Shown here: one piece after another, positions 45,689-54,899 of the stretch
Position numbering within the stretch: position 1 is the first letter of the stretch
Layout of the letters: each line of letters starts with the position of its first letter
NCBI GenBank assembly: GCA_964399865.1
Contig: CAYNRJ010000001.1
Coordinates: forward strand, 67,727-131,726
Source of the DNA: an uncultured Candidatus Saccharibacteria bacterium
GTDB taxonomy: Bacteria > Patescibacteriota > Minisyncoccia > Phycocordibacterales > UBA2100
Direction of reading: 5' to 3'
Length of the DNA: 64,000 nucleotides
Program-made: the position numbers and the translations under genes
Notes under the pieces: generated by a model
What the model was told of the DNA's origin: nothing
The model's database searches: none
Seen by the model: only the letters and a program-made list of their open reading frames with translations

Positions 45689-47074
45689 TTAAAAAGGTTT
45701 TTCTTCATCTAACTGAGCTTCAGGAGTGAAATCACCAAAGTCACTTTTCTCGATCGGAATAAAGGTGGTCTTCTCCTCATCGAATCGAAGATCAATCTTT
45801 CCAACGGGACCATTTCTGTGTTTTTCGATGAGAATTTCAGCGACGCCGGTCTTTTCCGCTCCTTCAGTCATTTTGTCCTCACGGTGGATGAACATAACCA
45901 CGTCGGCATCCTGCTCTAGAGATCCGGAATCACGAAGATCTGAAAGACGAGGTCGACCGCGACGCTGCTCGACCGCGCGGGAGAGCTGAGAAAGTGCAAG
46001 AACTGGCACATCAAGTTCACGAGCCATTGATTTGAGAGCGCGGGAGATCTCAGTGACCTGCTGGACCATAGAGTCACCGCCCTTGGTGTGGGTTGGGGTA
46101 ATTAGCTGTAAGTAGTCGATGATTATCAATTTAAGATCCTTTTCCATTTTCAAACGTCGTGCAACTGAACGCATCTGGAGAACGGTCGAGGATGCTTTGT
46201 CATCGATATAAATAGGGGCTTCAGAGAGAGCACTCATACCTTGCTGAAGACGCTCAAACTCCTCTTCGCTCTTAATTTTACCGGTGCGCAATTTCCATGA
46301 ATTGACTCCCGACTGAGCGGCAAGCATACGGTCGACTAATTGCTGCGAACTCATTTCGAGAGAGAACATTCCTACTGCTGTTCCGTATTTTGTTGCGGAC
46401 AAACGCGCAATATCGAGCGCGAGAGCTGTTTTACCCATAGAAGGTCGTGCAGCGAGGAGGATGAGATCTGACTTTTGGAAGCCTGCGAGCATGTTATCGA
46501 GCTGTGCAAATCCAGACGGCACGCCGCGAAGAGTGCCTTCATGCTTCTGCAGGTTTTCGAGGCGCTCCCACGCTTCTGTAAGCTCATCTTTGATCGAGCT
46601 GAATGATCGTAGCATCGGGGCCTGAGACACAGAGAAGACCGCCTGCTGTGCTTCATCAAGCACTTCTTCAATTTCGCGGTCTTCTTCGAATCCAAGCTCT
46701 CCAATCTTCGCTGCCGCATCGAGAAGTGAGCGCAATACGAATTTTGTCTGTACTCCTTCTGCATAGTGGCGCGCACTCCCTGGACTTGCTGCAGCTGCAG
46801 TGAGTTCGGAGAGGTAACTCGCACCTCCCACATCGGCGAGTAACTTGCGTTCCTTTAACTTACTGGAAAGAGTAACAACATCGATTGGCTCGCCCTTCGA
46901 ATGAAGTCCGAGCATTGCATCGAAAATGGTGCGATGTTTACCGACGTAGAAAGAATCGACACCAACTTGATCTGCGACTTCATACATCGCATTTTGGCTC
47001 AGCATAAGAGCCCCTAGGAGGGCTCGCTCCATCTCTATGTCCTGTGGGGGTACGCGCACGGCCTTTTCTGCCAT
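45689..47074 (-). CDS. dnaB: replicative DNA helicase DnaB
   Basis: DnaB N-terminal domain plus RecA-like core (Walker A GARPSMGKTA, Walker B); start placed at the ATG (MAEKAV) rather than the upstream TTG. Confidence 0.9.
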   Translation of the reverse strand: MAEKAVRVPPQDIEMERALLGALMLSQNAMYEVADQVGVDSFYVGKHRTIFDAMLGLHSKGEPIDVVTLSSKLKERKLLADVGGASYLSELTAAAASPGSARHYAEGVQTKFVLRSLLDAAAKIGELGFEEDREIEEVLDEAQQAVFSVSQAPMLRSFSSIKDELTEAWERLENLQKHEGTLRGVPSGFAQLDNMLAGFQKSDLILLAARPSMGKTALALDIARLSATKYGTAVGMFSLEMSSQQLVDRMLAAQSGVNSWKLRTGKIKSEEEFERLQQGMSALSEAPIYIDDKASSTVLQMRSVARRLKMEKDLKLIIIDYLQLITPTHTKGGDSMVQQVTEISRALKSMARELDVPVLALSQLSRAVEQRRGRPRLSDLRDSGSLEQDADVVMFIHREDKMTEGAEKTGVAEILIEKHRNGPVGKIDLRFDEEKTTFIPIEKSDFGDFTPEAQLDEEKPF

Positions 47075-47193
47075 AATTCGATGATAGCACGGTGCGATTT
47101 CCTCCACTGAGGAGAGTTTTCGCAATTATTGTTCGTTACGTGTGGACATCTATATGCCAAGATGAAGAAATACGCTATCTGCAACCTACCCAA

Positions 47194-47222
47194 TTGACAG
47201 GTTGCCGCCGGCTTGATATAAG
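47194..47222 (+). promoter_or_regulatory. sigma-70-type promoter for the downstream gene
   Basis: TTGACA-17-TATAAG, 40 nt upstream of the ATG. Confidence 0.4.
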
Positions 47223-47264
47223 GTAAGAACACGGTACATGGCACTAGTCAAATATCGTTGATTT

Positions 47265-48287
47265 ATGCTTAGTTTTTCACCAAAATCAGTCACAAAGGAC
47301 CTCCTCGCAGGCCTCCCAGAGCGCTCTAGAAAGGTGCTCACCGACCGTTTCGGACTCTCCCCAAAAGGGGAGCTTCGTACATTGGACGCTATCGGAAAGG
47401 AGTATGGCATTACCCGTGAGCGTATCCGCCAGATCGAGAACCACGGCATCACTGCAGTTCGCGAATCCGAGGCCTACACAGCTCACGCTGCAACGATGGA
47501 AGAGCTGAAGCGCGAACTCCAGGCGCTCGGCGGGATAGTTTCTGAAGAGACGGTGCTTAAAGAAATTCCTAAAAATGAAGCGGATCGCAATCACGTTCTC
47601 TTCCTCCTAACGGTAGGCCATCATTTCGGCGACAAGCGCGAGGACGCTCATTTCAAAACTCGTTGGCACGCAGATAAGGAGCTCGCAGAGTCCGTCGAAC
47701 GTGCGCTCGCAAATCTCCATGAATCCACTGAGGTCACTCGACTGACACCGGAAGAAGAGTTTCTAGAGTTGTTCACGAAGGCATTAAAACAGGAAGGTGT
47801 TAAGCCACGCACACCTGACGTACATCTCCGCTGGCTACATATGTCGAAGCGTGTCGGTAAAAATCCGCTCGGCGAATGGGGAAGAGTGGAATCTCCTCAC
47901 GTGAGAATCAAAAACACGCGTGATTTTGCATACCTCGCTCTTAAACGCCATGGCTCCCCGATGCACTTTTTTGAAGTAGCAAAGAGTATTGAAAAACTCT
48001 TCGGAAGAAAGGCACACCCAGCAACGACCCACAATGAACTCATTAAGGACAACCGATTCGTTCTTGTCGGCCGCGGTCTATACGCGCTGAAGGAGTGGGG
48101 ATATGAACCAGGAGTTGTACGTGAGGTCATAAAGAACATCATCAGTCGCGAGGGCCCTCTCACACGTGAAGAAATCATCGATCGAGTGAAGCGCGAACGC
48201 TACGTCAAAGATGCGACAATAGCGGTCAACCTTCAGAGCGGTATGTTTACACGCCTCCCAGACGGCAAGTACACTCTCTCCAAATAA
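47265..48287 (+). CDS. fusion protein: sigma-70 region-4-like HTH (N-terminus) plus HARE-HTH winged helix (C-terminus)
   Basis: N-terminus LTDRFGL...TLDAIGKEYGITRERIRQIE matches RpoD region 4.2. C-terminus MHFFEVAKSI...RFVLVGRGLYALKEWGY matches the HARE-HTH of RNAP delta / ASXL proteins. Confidence 0.55.
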   Translation: MLSFSPKSVTKDLLAGLPERSRKVLTDRFGLSPKGELRTLDAIGKEYGITRERIRQIENHGITAVRESEAYTAHAATMEELKRELQALGGIVSEETVLKEIPKNEADRNHVLFLLTVGHHFGDKREDAHFKTRWHADKELAESVERALANLHESTEVTRLTPEEEFLELFTKALKQEGVKPRTPDVHLRWLHMSKRVGKNPLGEWGRVESPHVRIKNTRDFAYLALKRHGSPMHFFEVAKSIEKLFGRKAHPATTHNELIKDNRFVLVGRGLYALKEWGYEPGVVREVIKNIISREGPLTREEIIDRVKRERYVKDATIAVNLQSGMFTRLPDGKYTLSK

Positions 48288-48305
48288 TAAATATCTGTTT
48301 TCACA

Positions 48306-48330
48306 AAAAGGGCCTATCTGGGCCCTTTTT
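48306..48330 (+). terminator. candidate bidirectional intrinsic terminator
   Basis: AAAAGGGCC-TATCTG-GGCCCTTTTT. Confidence 0.4.
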
Positions 48331-48359
48331 GCTATCGGTGACGTGTTACAATTTTCCTA

Positions 48360-49772
48360 ATGATCCATTCCTATGATCAGGAGGGAATAATAACGACAGA
48401 CCAAATTCGAGAACAGCTCGGAGCTCTAAAAAAACTTGATTTCCATTCACTTGTCGATCAAACCTTCGGCAATGAGTGGGGAATTTCACGCGCACTCCTT
48501 CTTAGTCTTCTGTTTACAGGACTTCTTCTCATTTTGAATGAGATGGTCCCGAACCTTCCACTGTTTGCGTTTGAATGGGTTCTCGGCACGCTACCTCTAT
48601 GGCTCCCTGTCGTCGCAGTAGTTGGTGGATGGAGGTCCTGGATGTGGTGGGCGCGTGCTCACTATCTCTCAAAACAGAAAGCGATTTTACTTGAGGTGAA
48701 ATTTCCTCGCGAGATAACGAAATCTCCCCGAGCGATGGAGGCGGTACTCACACAAATGTGGACAGATTCTGGCGAGACAACATTTTTTAACCGTGTGTAT
48801 CAGGGTCAGGTTCGTCCCTACTTTTCCTTAGAGATCGTATCGTTCGGTGGGGAGGTGCATTTTTATATCTGGGCTCGTAAGGCATGGAAACACGTTGTCG
48901 AAGCCGCGATGTATGGGCAATATCCAGAAGTGGAACTTGTCGAGGTAGAAGATTACGCATCAAAATTTGCGTATGACCCTTCGAAGCATGAGTGCTTCTG
49001 TACTGACTGGCGACTCGAGCCTAGAAATGATGCATACATGATCAAGACCTACGTTGATTTTGAGCTCGATAAAGACCCGAAGGAGGAATATAAGATGGAT
49101 CCATTTGCCTCGGTGATCGAGCGCATGAGTCATCTCAAACCATCGGAACAGATGTGGATCCAAATAATCATCACAATGTCCCGTGACCAAACCTCAAGTC
49201 ATCACACCTGGTTTGAATCTGAGGACAGATATAAGACGCTCCTGCAGAACGAGGTTGATAATATTCGCAAAAGCTCGATGGGCGACATCAACAATCCTGC
49301 TGACAAATGGCGCTCGTATGTTCGTATCCCTCAGCAAAGGCAGGCGGATCAAATTCGCGCTATAGACCGTAATCTTACAAAATTACCGTTTAACGTGGGT
49401 TCGCGCGGTGTGTACATTGCAAATTCTCACGATTTCAACTCTGGCTCATACACGGGACTTCGCTGGATATGGAGACCTATGGCTAACCCTGTATCAGGTA
49501 ACCAAATGCGCCCTCGAAGATGGCATAACCCTATCGACTACCCATGGCAGGATCTATGGGGAATGCGAGACCGACTCATCACCAAACGATTCTTCGATGT
49601 GTATCGTCGTCGCTCGCATTTCTATACGCCATGGATATTCCCGCACAACATGATGTCGACAGAACCCCTCGCTACCCTTTGGCACCCACCATCAGCAACG
49701 GTCACGGCTCCTGGACTTGAACGTATTCCCGCGAAGAAGGCAGAGCCGCCGCCAAATTTGCCGCGACAATAA
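48360..49772 (+). CDS. hypothetical Trp-rich membrane-anchored protein
   Basis: Two N-terminal TM helices then a ~380-aa domain with many W/Y/R residues; clean 470-aa ORF; no recognisable motif. Confidence 0.5.
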   Translation: MIHSYDQEGIITTDQIREQLGALKKLDFHSLVDQTFGNEWGISRALLLSLLFTGLLLILNEMVPNLPLFAFEWVLGTLPLWLPVVAVVGGWRSWMWWARAHYLSKQKAILLEVKFPREITKSPRAMEAVLTQMWTDSGETTFFNRVYQGQVRPYFSLEIVSFGGEVHFYIWARKAWKHVVEAAMYGQYPEVELVEVEDYASKFAYDPSKHECFCTDWRLEPRNDAYMIKTYVDFELDKDPKEEYKMDPFASVIERMSHLKPSEQMWIQIIITMSRDQTSSHHTWFESEDRYKTLLQNEVDNIRKSSMGDINNPADKWRSYVRIPQQRQADQIRAIDRNLTKLPFNVGSRGVYIANSHDFNSGSYTGLRWIWRPMANPVSGNQMRPRRWHNPIDYPWQDLWGMRDRLITKRFFDVYRRRSHFYTPWIFPHNMMSTEPLATLWHPPSATVTAPGLERIPAKKAEPPPNLPRQ

Positions 49773-49824
49773 TGGGATACGCGTGCTATCGACTCTCAAA
49801 ATACAGTCTCTATAATTACCTAAT

Positions 49825-50865
49825 ATGTCGACTATTAAAGATTTTTTTGCGCGCTGGTTTTTGACTGGTAAAACATATGCGCAAATAATTCTTGAGCGAT
49901 TTAGGACAAACCCCAATCAGCGCACGATAACGATCGTTGTAGTGGTATGTCTCATTTTTTTACTTTCGTACGTTTTCTTTATTCGTGCACCGAGAAATTT
50001 TCCGGCTGATCAGCTGGTGGAGATACCGGAGGGAATGTCGCTCTCACAGATAGCGACCCATTTAAAAGACGCTGAGGTCGTACGCTCAGCGCTAATTCTC
50101 CGCATTGCTGTTGTTGTTCTTGGCGATGAGCGCAACGTACAGTTTGGAGATTACCTTTTTGATACTCCAAAGAATGTATTTGTGGTCGCAAGAGCAATAG
50201 CAAGAGGTGCTCACGGACTTGAGCCTACTCGAGTGAGAGTTCCTGAGGGTGCTACCGTTGAAGAAATTACTGCTCTTTTTGAGCCGCACTTCCAGCGCTT
50301 TAACGCCTCCAGATTTATAGAAGAAGCAAAGCCACTAGAGGGATATCTTTTTCCTGACACGTATTTCTTTCTACCAAATGCTGATGACGAACTAATTCTT
50401 AGAACGCTTCGGGAGAGCTTTGATTCTCATTTGGCTGAACTTGCGAGCGAGATTATCGACTTTGAGAAACCAGTCAAAGATATAATTATCATGGCCTCAA
50501 TTTTGGAGCGCGAGGCTCACAACATGACTGACAGGCAAAAAATAGCGGGAGTTTTATGGGAGAGACTAGATCGTGGAATGCTGTTACAGGTAGACGCAAC
50601 CTTCTTATATTCAATCGGAAGGACGACGTTTGACCTCACAACAGCAGATCTGACGAGCAAGAACGATCCCTACAATACCTATGTAAATAGGGGACTTCCG
50701 CCAACACCGATTGGTAGTCCGTCGCTTAGCTCTATACGAGCGGCGGTGACGCCACTCAATCAAGGAGACTATCTCTTCTATCTGGCCGACCACAGTAACG
50801 TGACGCACTACAGTAAAACGTACGAAGAGCATCTGCGATTGAAACGTTTGTACCTAGATAGTTAG
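49825..50865 (+). CDS. mltG: endolytic murein transglycosylase MltG (YceG-like)
   Basis: N-terminal TM and YceG domain (EGYLFPDTYFF, ASIIEKE-like motifs). Confidence 0.85.
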   Translation: MSTIKDFFARWFLTGKTYAQIILERFRTNPNQRTITIVVVVCLIFLLSYVFFIRAPRNFPADQLVEIPEGMSLSQIATHLKDAEVVRSALILRIAVVVLGDERNVQFGDYLFDTPKNVFVVARAIARGAHGLEPTRVRVPEGATVEEITALFEPHFQRFNASRFIEEAKPLEGYLFPDTYFFLPNADDELILRTLRESFDSHLAELASEIIDFEKPVKDIIIMASILEREAHNMTDRQKIAGVLWERLDRGMLLQVDATFLYSIGRTTFDLTTADLTSKNDPYNTYVNRGLPPTPIGSPSLSSIRAAVTPLNQGDYLFYLADHSNVTHYSKTYEEHLRLKRLYLDS

Positions 50866-50888
50866 CGCGAGTGGTGCTTCCTCGCTAG

Positions 50889-51980
50889 TTGCTGTACAAC
50901 TTACATATGCAAACGGTTTTTGTCGGACTTTCTGGTGGGGTTGATTCCGCCGTTTCCGCTGCGCTTCTTAAGGGGCAGGGATATAACGTCGTGGGAGCGT
51001 TTATAAAAATATGGCAACCAGAATTTACTGAGTGCACGTGGAAAGAAGATAGACTCGACGCGATGCGTGTTTGTGTAGCACTCGGAATACCTTTCAAGGA
51101 GATTGATCTTTCCGATGAATACAAGAAAAACGTTGTCGAGGAGATGATTACCGGGTACGCGAAAGGGATTACACCAAATCCTGACGTACTTTGTAATCGT
51201 CACATTAAATTCGGGCCCCTTTGGAAGTGGGCAAAGGAAAACGGGGCGGACATGCTCGCAACAGGTCACTACGCACAGGTAGGAGTACAGGGCGACTCAA
51301 AAAATCTTCTACGCAGTCGCGACTTGGCTAAAGATCAATCCTATTTTCTATATCAACTAAATGAATCTGATCTTACGCACGTATTTTTTCCTGTCGGACA
51401 CATGACCAAACTTGAGGTGCGAGCGAAAGCTGCATCTTTAGACCTGCCTGTTGCAAGAAAAGGAGATAGCCAAGGTCTGTGTTTCGTTGGTGAGGTGAGC
51501 ATAAAAGATTTCCTGAAGCGTTTTATTTCAGTCGAATCCGGCCCTGTTGTGGACATGGACGGAAAAGTAATAGGCGAACATGAGGGAGCCGCGTTATACA
51601 CAGTGGGGCAGCGTCACGGATTCTCTGCGAACTCTGGTACAAGTGGCTCTCAGTATTTCATTGTTGGAATTGATGTGCCAAAAAATACACTGCAAGTATC
51701 GACGTCTCGCGAGGATGCGGCTGTAAAAGAAATTACGCTCAATGACGTGCATTGGATTAGCAAGAAGCCCATTTTTCCCCTTCGTGCACGGGTACAGGCT
51801 CGCTATCATGAGTCTCCAGTTGAAGCTGAAATATCAGAGAAAAACAGCACCGTGTTCGTGAAATTTGATTCCAAACATATCGCCGCACCGGGCCAATCTC
51901 TTGTGATGTATGTTTCGAATGAAGGAGGTGTCGGCGAAAAATGTCTAGGGGGCGGGGTAATTAACAGTCCCCAGAGCTAG
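50889..51980 (+). CDS. mnmA: tRNA-specific 2-thiouridylase MnmA
   Basis: PP-loop SGGVDS, catalytic Cys residues and C-terminal barrel. Confidence 0.9.
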   Translation: MLYNLHMQTVFVGLSGGVDSAVSAALLKGQGYNVVGAFIKIWQPEFTECTWKEDRLDAMRVCVALGIPFKEIDLSDEYKKNVVEEMITGYAKGITPNPDVLCNRHIKFGPLWKWAKENGADMLATGHYAQVGVQGDSKNLLRSRDLAKDQSYFLYQLNESDLTHVFFPVGHMTKLEVRAKAASLDLPVARKGDSQGLCFVGEVSIKDFLKRFISVESGPVVDMDGKVIGEHEGAALYTVGQRHGFSANSGTSGSQYFIVGIDVPKNTLQVSTSREDAAVKEITLNDVHWISKKPIFPLRARVQARYHESPVEAEISEKNSTVFVKFDSKHIAAPGQSLVMYVSNEGGVGEKCLGGGVINSPQS

Positions 51981-52009
51981 ACTCGCTTTCGAGAGGCTAT
52001 ACTGACTAT

Positions 52010-52411
52010 ATGCCGGATTTGGTGCGGCGATTGTTTGAGTTTGCGATCTTCGCAACCTGCGCGGCATTCTTCGCGTTCTTTCTTGCGGAGAAGGGGATGT
52101 CAGTGTTTGCAGATGAAAGTAACACGCTGGTGCACGTGAGGGATGTGGTCGGCCCAGGAGTGCACGAACTTTCAGGGATGATTATGCTCGATTCCATTTG
52201 CGAGCAACTGCGAGTAGATAGTGAGAAACGGACACCAACTCACTACCATCTACGGATCAAGACCTGGACTGAACCGTATCGAGACTGTGTAAGCGAAGAA
52301 ACTCCACGGAAATTTCAAACAACCGTCTTTGCTCCCGCGTACGGCGTGATGTTTACCGCAGAACTCGACGGATCACCTCTCGAAATAGCTGTAATCCCAA
52401 TACTGCAATAA
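52010..52411 (+). CDS. hypothetical membrane-anchored protein
   Basis: One N-terminal TM (FAIFATCAAFFAFFLA); 133 aa. Confidence 0.4.
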   Translation: MPDLVRRLFEFAIFATCAAFFAFFLAEKGMSVFADESNTLVHVRDVVGPGVHELSGMIMLDSICEQLRVDSEKRTPTHYHLRIKTWTEPYRDCVSEETPRKFQTTVFAPAYGVMFTAELDGSPLEIAVIPILQ

Positions 52412-52416
52412 TTTTT

Positions 52417-53292
52417 ATGACGATCACACAAAACAGAATTCCCTCAGCCCCAGTCGTATCAGTGCCGCATTCCGCTGTATTAATTACAAAGGCAGACGGT
52501 GAACAGGAACCTTTTGATGCGGGGAAGCTCGAACAATCGCTCGAGCACGCTGGCGCAAGCTCTACCGTGCGTGCGCGCGTTACAGCAAAAGTCCTCCATG
52601 AACTCCGACCAGGGATTACGACCGAGGAAATCTATAGACACGCCTTCGAGATGCTCCAGATGGAAGAGAATACGCCCGTAGCAGCACGCTATTCGGTAAA
52701 GCGGGCAGTGTTTGATCTGGGGCCATCAGGATTTCCATTTGAGCAATTTCTTGCGGAAGTATTTCGAGCTCATGGATGGACCGCGCGAACTGGAGCTGCA
52801 TTAACAGGCCGCTGCGCTCCGCATGAGGTGGATGTACTACTCGAGAAAAAGGGGAAGCGTGTCGGTATTGAAGCAAAGTTCCACAACGAGCCAGGCGGAA
52901 AGACCGACATTAAGGATGCACTATATGTGTATGCAAGATACGAGGATCTGAAGCGCGCTCCTGATGCATCTTCGCGCGTGGACGAGGGCTGGCTTGTCAC
53001 TAATACACGCTTTACGCGAAATGCCGTGCGATATGCACAGTGCTCAAATTTAACGTTACTTGGCTGGGATTACCCTCGCGGGCGAAATCTGATGACTCTT
53101 ATCGAGGAAGCGCGCGTTCATCCACTCACGTGCCTTACAACTCTCTCGCAGGGTGAAAAAAAGCAATTACTCGATAGTAATATTGTTCTCTGTAAAAGTG
53201 TTTCGACGAAGCATCTTCTTGAGGAATATGGCGTAAAGCCAGCCCGTATCGGCGCAGTCTTAGATGAAGCTAAGCAGCTGTGCGGAATTTAA
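52417..53292 (+). CDS. ATP-cone domain fused to restriction-endonuclease-like (Mrr-cat, PD-(D/E)XK) domain protein
   Basis: N-terminus VLITKADGEQEPFDAGKLEQSLEHAG matches the ATP-cone. Middle EVDVLLEKKGKRVGIEAKF matches the Mrr-type D-x(n)-E-x-K motif. Confidence 0.55.
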   Translation: MTITQNRIPSAPVVSVPHSAVLITKADGEQEPFDAGKLEQSLEHAGASSTVRARVTAKVLHELRPGITTEEIYRHAFEMLQMEENTPVAARYSVKRAVFDLGPSGFPFEQFLAEVFRAHGWTARTGAALTGRCAPHEVDVLLEKKGKRVGIEAKFHNEPGGKTDIKDALYVYARYEDLKRAPDASSRVDEGWLVTNTRFTRNAVRYAQCSNLTLLGWDYPRGRNLMTLIEEARVHPLTCLTTLSQGEKKQLLDSNIVLCKSVSTKHLLEEYGVKPARIGAVLDEAKQLCGI

Positions 53293-53311
53293 TTAGTGAT
53301 ACAATCGCGTT

Positions 53312-53803
53312 ATGCCATCAGTCGAAACCTTCATGGATCCGAACGCAGTACTCTTTGCGAAGCTTTTTATTGCAATGATACTTGGCGGACTTATTGGTAC
53401 TGAGCGAGCGATCTTGGCTAGGCAAGCAGCAGGGACTCGCACATTTGGACTTGTAGCCCTCGGCGCGTGTCTTTTTATAGTGATTGGCAACTATGTCGAT
53501 TCCGCATACATAGGAATACTGAATTTTGATCCTATGCGCACAGCTGCAGCGATAATCATGGGGATTGGTTTTCTTGCAGGAGGACTCATTATCTTCCGCG
53601 GAGACGCTCTCCATGGCGTTACAACAGCTGCTGGACTCTGGATAGTCACGGGTGTGGGAATGGCGGTCGGGTTTGGCATGTACGCGATAGCAATTTTCAG
53701 CACAATTCTGAGCCTAATCATGTTTACAGGTATGTGGTACGTGGAAAATCGTTTCAAGCATTGGTTCGAGCAGCACGAAGGAAATGGTGGAGCGCACGTA
53801 TAA
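53312..53803 (+). CDS. mgtC: MgtC/SapB-family membrane protein
   Basis: MgtC N-terminal membrane domain (LGGLIGTERA, 4-5 TM helices); 163 aa. Confidence 0.7.
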   Translation: MPSVETFMDPNAVLFAKLFIAMILGGLIGTERAILARQAAGTRTFGLVALGACLFIVIGNYVDSAYIGILNFDPMRTAAAIIMGIGFLAGGLIIFRGDALHGVTTAAGLWIVTGVGMAVGFGMYAIAIFSTILSLIMFTGMWYVENRFKHWFEQHEGNGGAHV

Positions 53804-53844
53804 CGATTTGCGCTACCCAAAAATGAGTGCTGTATACTATCGCC

Positions 53845-54648
53845 ATGGCGGAGTATACGAAGAAATATAATCCCGACCGCAGTCCCGGCTGGAATTACGG
53901 GGGCCCGAAATGGCGCCTTTCTCGTTCCAAAATTGAAGCGTATACAGAATGTCCACGCTGCTTTTATCTTGATAACAAGCTCGGCACTGCTCGTCCACGT
54001 GGCCCTGCGTTCACACTAAACGTTGCAGTCGACGCGCTTTTCAAGAAAGAGTTCGATATTCACCGCGCGAATGGCACAACGCACCCACTTATGGAGAAAT
54101 ACGGTGTTGATGCAGTACCATATCAGCACAAAGATATCGATATTTGGAGAGAAAATTTCAAAGGACTCGAAGTTCTTCATAAGCCGACTGGATTTACAGT
54201 TTCCGGCGCAGTCGATGATATTTGGCAGGATCCTTCAGGACAACTTATGGTCGTCGACTACAAGGCGACTTCTAAAGCCGGCACTATTGAATCGCTCGCT
54301 GACTCGAGCTGGGAAGAGCAATACAAGCGTCAAATGGGAATCTATCAGTGGCTCTTGCGTCAAAAAGGTTTTCCTGTGTCTAAAACTGGATACTTTGTGT
54401 ACGCGAACGCAACGACGGACAAAGAGGCGTTTGATGCGCAGCTCGAATTCGAAGTTACATTGATCGCAGTCGAGGGACAGTCCGATTGGATTGATGATCT
54501 TCTGCCCGAGATAAAGAAATGCCTCGACAGCGATAATATTCCACCGATAGGAGAATTTTGCGAATTCTGTCCGTACCGTGAAGCTGCAGGGAAGAAGCTC
54601 GCGGGTATGTTGAAGGCAAAGAAAGGTAACGGCACACTAGGGATATGA
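53845..54648 (+). CDS. PD-(D/E)XK nuclease superfamily protein, Cas4/RecB-like with Fe-S cysteines
   Basis: N-terminal CPRCFY and C-terminal CEFCPY cysteine pairs; central VVDYKATSK (D-x-K) nuclease motif. Confidence 0.6.
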   Translation: MAEYTKKYNPDRSPGWNYGGPKWRLSRSKIEAYTECPRCFYLDNKLGTARPRGPAFTLNVAVDALFKKEFDIHRANGTTHPLMEKYGVDAVPYQHKDIDIWRENFKGLEVLHKPTGFTVSGAVDDIWQDPSGQLMVVDYKATSKAGTIESLADSSWEEQYKRQMGIYQWLLRQKGFPVSKTGYFVYANATTDKEAFDAQLEFEVTLIAVEGQSDWIDDLLPEIKKCLDSDNIPPIGEFCEFCPYREAAGKKLAGMLKAKKGNGTLGI

Positions 54649-54899
54649 CGTTTGCCGACAAAGTTCGACAAATCGTTAAGAAAATTCCAAAAGGGAAGAC
54701 GATGACGTATGCCGAAGTGGCTCGAAAAGCCGGGAACGCGAAAGCCGCTCGAGCAGTAGGTGCCGTCATGCGAGCAAATTATGACGAAAGCATTCCATGT
54801 CACCGCGTTGTTAAATCCGATGGCTCACTCGGAAACTACAACAGGGGCGGATCTCTTAAGAAGCAATTTATCTTAAGAGAAGAGGGTGCGCTTAGTTAA
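54645..54899 (+). CDS. ogt: methylated-DNA--protein-cysteine methyltransferase, catalytic domain only
   Basis: PCHRVV active-site motif and HTH of the MGMT C-domain; 84 aa. Confidence 0.8.
   Translation: MTFADKVRQIVKKIPKGKTMTYAEVARKAGNAKAARAVGAVMRANYDESIPCHRVVKSDGSLGNYNRGGSLKKQFILREEGALS

Noticed and set aside
47075-47125. Longer dnaB start at a TTG codon (MRKLSSVEEIAPCYHRIM...)
   Set aside because: Non-ATG start with no nearby SD. The in-frame ATG at 47074 (MAEKAVRV) gives a typical DnaB N-terminus.
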